A stretch of DNA of 64,000 nt from positions 1,550,001 to 1,614,000 of the forward strand of contig OX337237.1 in the NCBI GenBank assembly GCA_946965045.2. Reading direction: 5' to 3'. Below the pieces are notes generated by a model. It did not search any database, was not told where the DNA came from, and saw only the letters and a program-made list of their open reading frames with translations. The position numbers and the translations under genes are program-made. This document shows, piece by piece, positions 55,301 through 64,000 of the stretch (its first letter is position 1; the number at the start of each line of letters is the position of its first letter). The stretch is from Epithemia pelagica. Its lineage: Eukaryota > Protista > Bacillariophyta.

Positions 55301-56230
55301 GAAACACAAGGGGAACAAGGGGGAGGTCTTCTACGATTGCGCGTTCGAATCTATAGGGGTTCAAGACGTTTTATGTGAGATATGGATCCCGAGGAAGGAT
55401 GATAAATCTGAACAATTTGGATTCGACGAATTTTTTCGTCAAGTTACTGACTCGTCGGCGAACGAGCCGTCACCCCAGAATTCCAGGCAAAGGGGATTCT
55501 CTGGATCGTTTTCCCACTGCTGCCGTAGATTGAATATAACATCCAAAGCCTCATCTTCAACTGAATCTGCCAACTTCGTATCCGGAAAACCAATGACAAC
55601 CATGTATCCTTGACAAAATGTCAACAAATTGAGCGCAGAAAAGCCGTCGTTTTGGCGTTCGGACGTTCCAAATACTACCTCGTAATTGACCGGTATACCA
55701 TCGGGAAAGCTAGAGGCCGACATGGCCTCTATAACTTCTTCATCCGAAGTCACTTGTTGCTGCATGATGTTGTGATCTGAGCTCCAAAACTGCACAATGC
55801 CGGAAATGGGACATGTCGTCTGATTGGTGGCAAGATCAACGTGCAGGCTGTCGGCACACATTTCATGATAGTTGTTGACTCCGCGTACCGCATCGAGGGC
55901 CTCAAAGACTTTGTTCACTTGGTCTAGCCCCAAAACGTCTTGCCCGTCACTGTGGAAAAACATAACAAACTGTAAATAGTCTTTGGGCAAGTTGGACTCG
56001 TGCTTAATCCAATCACGATTTTTGCGGGGCAGGGAATCGAACGGATTCCACAGTTCCTCTTCCTCCACGACAAGATTAAAGTTTGTTGCCAAACCGACGA
56101 ACGCAAGGAAAAGTGACAAGAACGAAATAAAAGCCAAGGTATATGTGTATTCCTTGCAAGATGGGACGATGGATCTGTTCCCGAATCGTTCGACTCCACT
56201 GTCGACTCCATCGGTTGCTTTGCTGACCAT
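52338..56230 (-). CDS. Patched/NPC1-like sterol-sensing-domain (RND) membrane protein; intron 55351-55451
   Basis: GIGLDDAIII and AIGLYVDFIMH (GxxxD motifs), two TM bundles with luminal loops; spliced SFADE-FERAI. Start uncertain. Confidence 0.88.
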
Positions 56231-56643
56231 TGCTGATTGCGGATGATTTAAGGAGGCCTTCTTTGTCTTCGTACAGTCGACTGTCTCGGAGAGATCTTTC
56301 ACTGCCTTCGTCGTTCAACAGATCTTCACTGACAAGCACCCCATCTTTGATGAGAACAGGGGCCCAGCAACGAGGAAATTGAATGTTAGATTCATTGTAA
56401 ACATTGTTGACACTTTGTTTGCTTTCTGTCTTCATCCTTGCTTTCTTTGCAGACAAGTCACAGCATGTTCTCTCCGATCACCCAAGTTCCGTCCCTTTTC
56501 AAAGCCATACATACCTTGATGCAATGGGTTTACTTTTTCGCCAGGCCTTTCCATCTTTCTTGTTGTCAACCGATTACAACCCAAGATTTGTATCCTTAGT
56601 CAACCTGCGTTTCATCAACCACAGTTTCCAAAATAAGTGCGTG

Positions 56644-56671
56644 CTCGTATCTCGTATCTCGTATCTCGTAT
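56644..56671. repeat. (CTCGTAT)4 microsatellite
   Basis: Read directly. Confidence 0.9.
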
Positions 56672-58889
56672 TCCGAGGTATTTCCCACACAATATTCATG
56701 TGTTTCCTGTTCAGTTTGCCTCTGCTTTCTACGGGGAAGGAGCACCATTGGCGATCCGAAATAAGTAAGTGGCGAACCAGTATAAGGTGATATGGTGATC
56801 GCCCTACGAAATTTTTCCCACTCTCGCAGAAGTTTTCATTGGCTCGCCCGGCTTCATTTAGGCCCCTTTGCGTTGAATGTTCTCTTCTTATTGTATTGTA
56901 GGAGTACTCGTGTTAGTATTGTACTCTTATGTTGACGCGTCGTCCATTGTCCAATCAAAATCAAAGGGCAACTCGTAGCAGTACAGTAGTAAAAAAGGGT
57001 ACTTGTTGTCCTAATTTACTCCCCAACGCGTGAGAGTATTGAATTCCTATGAGCATGAAATTTCCACTCTCGCTGGGGAATAATTACGAATTACGGAACG
57101 CGGAATGCTTGACTTTTGAGGCTGTCCCTTGACCTCAACAAAAACATAAACCGAAACATGACACGTCATCATTTTGCCCCATATATCCGGGTAATGGGGT
57201 GTTTCAGGTTTTGTTTCAACAAACCCTCCGACTAGATGTCCGCTTCTTAGCTCGTCTGTTCGGGCAAAACAAACCCAATCTCATAGACAAAAAATGAATG
57301 GAAATTTCACATCCATCGGTGGAAAGGCTGGCGTGCTGTGACAGTTGGAAGATGGCAGGCGTTCTGCTCAACAAGACTCAAAATAGTGTTCTCGGTTTGG
57401 TTTCACAGGCCACAAAATCGATGAAGGCAACAAAACGAGGCAATGACCAAACCAACACCAAAAACGGCATGCTTCGTCCCTGGGCATCTCATCTCATCTT
57501 TGTCACTGCACATCCAGCATGGTAAGTTCTGGAATGACTAATAGTTGCATTGGAATGGACAATGTTTAGTTTTAGGCTGTCACTACGTTGCCATAGTGTG
57601 TCATTTGTTTGTGCCTAATAACATCCATTTTGGTCGATGCTGCTGGCATCATTTGTAGGATTCTTATAGGACAAAATAGAGCTATAGACCTCAATTAGGA
57701 GTAGATAGGATAAGTGGAGGAAGCCATCCATTTTTCCTCTGTCGTCTCTAGTCGATTGTGATGTCGACCTGCTCCTCTTATTCTTTTTTTATTGCCATGA
57801 GCATGACATGTCTTTCCCAGCAGTGCAGGGGACTCTTCACTCAACATACTTCATAACGGAACTCGAAAGAAACGTATTCTAAAATAGGACTGTAGTAAGT
57901 CAAGTGGTTGCAAAGAGACAAGCCTACGGCAACGGCACGGTGTTGTAGAGGAGGGTTCACTTTTAAACGGACACTAACACTAGAAACAACCACACTTCTC
58001 CTAGAAAAAACAAAGAAAGGATGGCGGTAGAGCAAAACAATATCTATGGTCTATATGTCAAATGTCCATGGTGTGCAGATGATGGAGAATGCATTGTGAT
58101 GGTGCATATCCATTGTCAATGGCAAAAGGTGCGTGGTGAAAATAATGTGGGACAATCAAGAATGGGGAAGACCAACGGTCAAAGTGCGCACGCCTGCTCA
58201 CAAAATTTTGAAAGTGTGATCTAGAAGGCCGGCGTGGTCTTTTTCATTTTGACCAGAAATTTTCTTCTAAAACGCAAAAAGACCAAGATAAAAATGGTTG
58301 GTCGCGGAGAGCGGCTGGGGGGCTAAGAAGCGGACACCTAGTCGGAGGGTTTCGATTTTTGTTGGCAACAAAAACCGTAATATAACTAGGGATAGTGTTT
58401 TCGTCATGATAGTGTACATATGGCGTCCAGAAATGACGGGTCCGAATTGAAGCGGCGCGCGTTCGGCTCAAACGGTCCCCCTAATTCGAAACATCCTACA
58501 CTGTCCTAATTTCGAGAACTTTAATATACAATACATCGAAGTATACTTGGGGACCATGGGGGGGATAAGCGCGGTCTCCAGTTTTCGTTTTGTCGAGGTC
58601 AAGGATGGTATAAGGCCATTCCTATAGCATCGACAAAACCAAACCTGAAGCATGACGTCATCACTGGATTCAGTTTTGGCGCGTTTCGCCGTCCTATAGC
58701 ACCGGCAAAACCAAAACCCGATTCCGCGCTTTTTCGAAGCCGATCCCCCCCCGACCCCCAAAACGCCCTCGCCTTACTTTGAATTATTCAATACTAATTT
58801 TAAGAACGCGTTGGCCGTTATGTCGTTCCTCACTTTTTAGGTTTCACACGTCGCTGTTGCCCGTTAGTTTCAACAATTCGACAAGAACA

Positions 58890-60307
58890 ATGGCTGCCAG
58901 TGCTGACTATACTCCTAAGGCCTATCTTGTCAAGGAGGTCCAATCCGTCATCTCATGGGTAATTCTAAACCATGTGAACACACAAGGTACCATGACGAGG
59001 ACAGAAAGGAAGGAACTTATGTTTAACTTGTACCATGGTCTCACGAAAGATCCCAAAAAAGTGGGTTTTGCTCGTCAATGTGTGCTCGGTTGCAGCGTTT
59101 TCCGCCATCTTTTTGTTGAATGTAAGAAGGACAAAAATGCCCGTTTGACAGACAGCCCAAACTCCCATGTGACATTCCAAATCAACCCCAGGTTGCTGCC
59201 TGGTGAAGACAAACCAGTGTTTGTCGGAACAGGGCCTACGGCGCACATTAGATTGGAACATTTGGAGGTTGCATCAGTCCATCAAGCCAAGAAAGGAAAC
59301 AGGAAGCTTATTGCTTCACGCACGCTGTTTCGTAGCGCCATGACTGTCTCTGCCAACTTGAAGACGATGTTACCGCTCGTCACCACGCAGATTCTCAATG
59401 CCAACGGTGAAATGCCTTCGGGCAAAAACGACGATGATTTTTTTGCTGAATTGGCGGTCAAGGTACTAGAAAGCAAGGCAAAGGGTATTTTTGTGGAAAC
59501 TCCTTCGGACGATGATGTAACACCTCCCGTGGAGACTCTCACTCAGGGAGTCGAGGCTGAAAAAAAAAGGCCGAGAAACAAATCAAAATGAAATGGACAT
59601 ACAAGGCCATTCCAGCTGCTGGTTGGTTTGCAGTTTGTCTGTTCACTAAAAACGGAATCGCCACAGAACACGTGAAGAACTCATTGCCTTTGATTATGGA
59701 CAAGGACTATGGAACCTTGGAAAAGCACAAACACTCCCGGGCTGCCGCGAGAAAAGATGCTGCTTCGTCCAAGGCCCGTGAACGTGAAAGTCGTGATAAC
59801 TTGAGCCACGGTGGAAAACAGGACTCTGTGCAGGACCAGACCAGGAACCGTCTCATAGCTTCCATAGTCGACCTATTGGCGGACGACAAGGAAATTGACA
59901 GCGATATTTCCAAGCTTGAGAACATGCAGAAACGCTACAAGAACCTCCAGCAGAGCTTCAAACGTTTGGAATGGAAGATTGATCTCAGGATGAAAAGTGG
60001 ATTCGACTGCTCTGAACTTGTTTCCGAACATGATCAGAAATGGGATGAATCAGAGATGCTGCGGCAAGCAATCGATGCACTAATTGAAAAACAGGAGGCA
60101 AGTAAGCGGCAGTCGGGTCAGCCCATTATTGAGAGGGCCAAGAAAGTCGTGAAGTTAGTGGATTCAAATTTGGCGAATGAACATGCCCTCGAGACTCCAA
60201 AAGCAAGCGTACCCAAGACGATTGTTACAATTGACACATCAACCAAGTCAGTCAATTCTGAAATCGTACCGCGTCGTATCTCCGAAGGTGGAAACACAGA
60301 AATCTGA
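58890..60307 (+). CDS. Harbinger accessory gene, split into ORFs 58890-59591 and 59588-60307 joined by a -1 shift at an A9 run
   Basis: Position opposite the transposase inside the TIRs; adding one A at 59560-59568 gives ...EAEKKKAEKQIKMKWTY... (472 aa); no clearly recognisable Myb/SANT motif. Confidence 0.7.
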
Positions 60308-60515
60308 AATCCAGAAGAATACTTTTAACAAACGAGAATCCCAAAAAAATATACTATCAATGAAAGAGAATGCCGTGAAAGAGAATCATACGAAAAGAAT
60401 GTTTTTAACAAACGAGAAACGAGAATCCAAAACAAAAATAGTCTGTTCAAGAGAATGCCGTGAAAGTGAATGATAACAAAAGAGAAGTTGGTGATTAATC
60501 TTATAAGAACATTGG

Positions 60516-62126
60516 TTAGTCTATACCGGGCCATTTCACTTTTCCCTGACTTTGCAATATGTCAAAGTTTTCGATTAGTCGATTGCGGAACACTGACAAC
60601 GGAAGCAGACGAACCCGTATAATACCTTTGTCGTCTTTTGCTTTCTCAAGATACTCCTTTTCTGCATCCGGAATTACTTCTTGCTCCATTTCAATTGTTG
60701 GAGAATCATCTTGACTCTCGTCGTCGTCAAGATCTTCACAGTAGTCATTTCCCCGGCCCATGTTGGACGAATCGAAACGACGAATATCACCATGTTGTAG
60801 AATCCGATTCGTGATTGCCTGAGGAATGGCCTGTTCTATGTCTTCGTCATCAAAATCTCCAAGCTCTGTCAACCATTCGTCGGTCTCTAACCTACCATCA
60901 TTTTCCAATAGGAGATTATGTAGCGCACAACAGGTTAGCCATACCTTGTCCACGGCTTTGATTCCGTGGAGTCGCACTCCCGCTTTTAGTATACGCCATC
61001 TGCCTTTGAGAATACCAAACGTACACTCAACATCTTTACGTAAAGACTCCACCCACTCCGAAAACTCCAAAGCTGGCAAATTGTCCGAAATTTTGATGGG
61101 AGGTACGGTACAAGACCAGTTTAGATACCCGTTATCAACGAGCAACCATGCACCTCGGTACTCAACCTCTATCACTTCTCCCTCTGAATTTCTCTGCAGT
61201 AACTTGAAAGGGAAGTTGTCGAGCTCGTCATTTTTTCCGTACCGAAGAGTCGTGGCCAGTTCATCATACTTGACCAGTGTCTTGTCATTCCACCTGGCAG
61301 GATGCCCTTTGGTGGTACAAAGAATCTTTCGACGGTGGTTAGTTACTATGTTATAAGTCCTTGCGGTACCATGCAGTTTGCGGGCAGTGTGTTCCTGTTT
61401 TAGGTCATGCAATATTTTCTCCGCCAAAATATGAGTCGCATCCATGGAACCTATGCAACCAATCATGCCTGCTGCTTCGTATTCTGTCGATCTGGCTTCA
61501 TTGGACGAGGACGGTACTTCAACGTAGTGCTTAAATAGAACTTCACTACCCCAATCGATAAACTTGTGAAAAAACTGTCTATTCGTTTCTTCATCGATTC
61601 CTGTATTTTCTTCTAGATCGTCAAATGTCCACCCCCGACCAAGATATCGGAGTGCTCCTAAGCACAATAGCTCTATAGGAACGGAGGGAGCTTTTTGTTG
61701 TCTTGGTGTTCCGCCGAACCACCGTCCAAAATATTTTTGGTTTTCCGGCGATTTTACCATGTCCAGTAGAGATATGAACGCAGAAAATGGGACACGGAAA
61801 CGACGACGGAATTTTTTCAAAAACTTGGGGTCAAGGGAATTTGGGTTTTCCACATAGTTCATATACCAAGGTGACAGCTGCGGGGACATTTCCACCAAAT
61901 TACCGGTTGCATCTCTGACAAAGAACTTGGGGGACTTTCCTGACCTGGGAGCTCTGGTACGAGGAGTCTTGGAGGTCGAGTTGCATGAGTCGGATGGTGG
62001 ATCCTCAGTAGAGGCTAAAGCAACAGCTGCGGCAGCCAAAAAGCGCAGTGTCTCCTTAACTCTCCTCCTCTTGGTTCGTCTATCAACAGAGGACTCGTTC
62101 GATGAATCGGTGTCGTAATCGTTCAT
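60516..62126 (-). CDS. PIF/Harbinger DDE transposase (DDE_Tnp_4-like)
   Basis: FRRRFRVP, LRYLGRG, GSMDATH, LVDNGY, KDVECTFGILKGRWRIL, CCALHNLLL; intact frame, ATG at 62126. Confidence 0.95.
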   Translation of the reverse strand: MNDYDTDSSNESSVDRRTKRRRVKETLRFLAAAAVALASTEDPPSDSCNSTSKTPRTRAPRSGKSPKFFVRDATGNLVEMSPQLSPWYMNYVENPNSLDPKFLKKFRRRFRVPFSAFISLLDMVKSPENQKYFGRWFGGTPRQQKAPSVPIELLCLGALRYLGRGWTFDDLEENTGIDEETNRQFFHKFIDWGSEVLFKHYVEVPSSSNEARSTEYEAAGMIGCIGSMDATHILAEKILHDLKQEHTARKLHGTARTYNIVTNHRRKILCTTKGHPARWNDKTLVKYDELATTLRYGKNDELDNFPFKLLQRNSEGEVIEVEYRGAWLLVDNGYLNWSCTVPPIKISDNLPALEFSEWVESLRKDVECTFGILKGRWRILKAGVRLHGIKAVDKVWLTCCALHNLLLENDGRLETDEWLTELGDFDDEDIEQAIPQAITNRILQHGDIRRFDSSNMGRGNDYCEDLDDDESQDDSPTIEMEQEVIPDAEKEYLEKAKDDKGIIRVRLLPLSVFRNRLIENFDILQSQGKVKWPGID

Positions 62127-62600
62127 TGTCGAGGAACAATGACACAAAGGACGAGAAACAAATGAGGCGGAGAAATTTATCCCTAATGCGATTTCAGGTT
62201 GGAAGGTTGGTTTGGAGGGTTAAAAAAATTACAAAACCTGCGCTCAGGTTTTGTCGATGCAAAACCTGAAATGACAGAAAACCCGGATTTGACGTCATAT
62301 TTCCGGGTTTTTTGTGACGTGTCACGCTTCAGGTTTGGTTTTGTCGATGCTATAGGAATGGCCTAACGCGCCAATTTTGCGATCAGTCATGACGTCAGCA
62401 ATCCTGTTTTCGTTTTGTCGAGGTCAAGGGACAGCCTGACTACTCCCAAGCGCCGGTTGATCTGTGAATCCCGCCTGAGTCGGAGAAAATGTCGAATGAG
62501 TAATGAAAAAAAAAGCAAAAAAAACCAGTCTATTATAACGCTGCCGCACGTACCCGCTAGGGTAACGCGCCGGGCCTTGGGAGCTACCCAAGGCGAGGAC

Positions 62601-62799
62601 TAACTCCATACCAGACTGTGTAGGTAGTTCGTCTCACATTTTTATACTACAGTAGGAATTTTTTGTACGACCGGGAAGTAGTTTCGTGCGAGTCGCGCGG
62701 TTTCCCTCTCGTGTGTGACACTTGTGTGACACTTGTGTGACACTTTGTGACATGGCTTCCAGGAATTTCTCACTACCTACACAGCTTGATAGGGAGTAA
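62601..62799. repeat. ~200-bp inverted-repeat-bounded unit containing a (GTGTGACACTT)n array
   Basis: CTGTGTAGGTAGT (62616-28) and ACTACCTACACAG (62772-84) are perfect inverted repeats, imperfectly extendable to ~28 bp; 11-bp units at ~62713-62751. Confidence 0.6.
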
Positions 62800-63135
62800 G
62801 TTTACTACTTCCCTGTGTCTGGCCCTGGGATCTGTAATCGACCTTATTTCGCCTAGAGTACTAGTATCGAGTACAGCCCTAATGTGAGAGTACGAGTATC
62901 GAGTACCTACTTCTGTACTCATACATGTTCGAGTACGAGTACCCAGCCACTCCTGACTGTACGAGTACGAGTATCAATGATTACTCGTCCATCGAATGTA
63001 TAGAGAGTACGAGTATCGAGTATATACTCGCAAGTATTCCACTATACTCGAGTATTACTTGCACGAATCCCGCTATGGTAGTCACGAGTCGTACTACGTG
63101 CTAGGCCGGCTAGTTTTTCATTTTAGCCGTGCCGA

Positions 63136-63342
63136 TTTGTCCCCACTTTTTATGCTCTTTTTCCTTCACATGCAATTCGTCCCCACTTTTCTCGCTCTCT
63201 GCTTCATCCTATTTTGTCCTCACTTTTCCTGCTCTTTCCTTCACATGCACTTCGTCCCCACTTTTCTCGCTCTCTGCTTCATCCTATTTTGTCCTCACTT
63301 TTCCTGCTCTTTCCTTCACATGCACTTCGTCCCCACTTTTCT
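63136..63342. repeat. Pyrimidine-rich 75-bp tandem repeat (~2.7 copies, with ~37-bp subunits)
   Basis: TTCCTTCACATGCA recurs at 63161, 63236 and 63311. Confidence 0.9.
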
Positions 63343-63742
63343 TTCTATCCTTTTCATCGCCATTTGTCCCCACCTAGCCTGCTCCTTTTGTCACTCAGGG
63401 ATCAGGGAATCTACGTACAAGCCACATTTCACAACTAAACATCTACCTAAAATCCAAGTATATCGTCTCCTTCTTACAACATGATCCACCTCCTCTCATT
63501 TACAGCTAGGTTTACGTCCTCTTCATTGTTTTGGGTCTTGGGAGAAACCAGAGTGTTACAGGGCATAGCATTGTTCAATACATTGTTGCGACGAGGTCAT
63601 GTGGACGTGAGTCTTTATTGACAATCCATGTCAAATGTCAAGGCAAGTTCTTCCATGGAAGAGGTGGAGAGATCTTGGGTGGGGTATCGCAACTAAGTTT
63701 CCACTCAAGTTTGATTCCGCTGAAGAACCATCAAGGCCACCA

Positions 63743-63981
63743 TTTTGTGGGTCCATCAAAGGAGCCACCGATGTGCTTGGTGCTGTACTACTGGGAACTG
63801 GGTGTCGGGACAGGTAAGAGTGTCCTGCATGGTATCAGTGAATGGTGTTGGTTGGTCAGGTCTACAGTTGTTTTTGTTGGTCACCTTTTGTGGGTCCATC
63901 GAAGGAGCCGCCGATGTGCTTGTTGTACCACTGGGTACACAGGTACTCGTGCTGAGCGTGTCCTGCATGGTATCAGTGAAT
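63743..63981. repeat. Imperfect ~140-bp-period direct repeat
   Basis: TTTTGTGGGTCCATC..GGAGCC.CCGATGTGCTTG at 63743 and 63886; GTGTCCTGCATGGTATCAGTGAAT ending at 63843 and 63981. Confidence 0.85.
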
Positions 63982-64000
63982 AATGGAGGAGTGCAGTGTT

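Larger units (their letters stand above)
58614..62363. mobile_element. Complete 3750-bp PIF/Harbinger DNA transposon
   Basis: 38-bp perfect TIR GGCCATTCCTATAGCATCGACAAAACCAAACCTGAAGC; TAA TSD (58611-13, 62364-66); two convergent genes. Confidence 0.95.
57120..62436. mobile_element. Outer Harbinger-type TIR element hosting the nested autonomous element
   Basis: TIR GGCTGTCCCTTGACCTC(A/G)ACAAAA (23/24 identical; 57120-57143, 62413-62436); TGA on both sides (57117-19, 62437-39); internal segment ~58350-58600 homologous to the 43787 MITE interior. Confidence 0.82.

Noticed and set aside
62440-62590. Imperfect inverted repeat CTCCCAAG(C)GCCGG / CCGGGCCTTGGGAG as another MITE
   Set aside because: Short, mismatched and without a TSD.
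62700-63350. CRISPR-like array
   Set aside because: Repeats are head-to-tail without unique spacers, there are no cas genes, and the context is eukaryotic.
62996-63484. Hydrophobic 162-aa ORF with 25-aa repeats as a membrane protein
   Set aside because: It is a by-product of the pyrimidine-rich 75-bp repeat and the GAGTAC field.
1-64000. tRNA, rRNA or snRNA genes
   Set aside because: No convincing cloverleaf, T-loop/B-box context or rRNA-like sequence seen by eye; tRNAscan-SE/Infernal were not run.

Overview
Gene-dense eukaryotic genomic DNA, most likely a diatom. This is inferred from short 60-155 bp GT-AG introns and a repertoire including ShK-prolyl-4-hydroxylase, a patched-family protein and a solo STAND ATPase. 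Host genes: rhomboid protease, atypical DHTC palmitoyltransferase, Sec23/24-like, STAND NTPase, TatD, SERRATE/Ars2, SFT2-like, TBCA, a WW-containing protein, an R3H protein, a bacterial-type GH55 beta-1,3-glucanase, P4H, a 1.8-kaa repeat protein, OGG1 and a patched/NPC1-like protein. There is also an unnamed three-member tandem gene family (one pseudogene). Mobile DNA: (i) a Penelope-like retroelement (RT + GIY-YIG) with pseudo-LTRs, a 64-bp frameshifting duplication and a hammerhead-ribozyme fold inside its ORF; (ii) a complete PIF/Harbinger transposon (38-bp TIR, TAA TSD) nested in a second TIR element (TGA TSD), with related MITEs at 1-316 and 43787-44275. Most interesting leads: a possible splice-mediated TatD nuclease-STAND NTPase fusion, a twice-repeated unnamed 53-aa module, the ORF-embedded ribozyme, and a slippery A9 site joining the Harbinger accessory ORFs. 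No database searches were run; family calls rest on recognised motifs.
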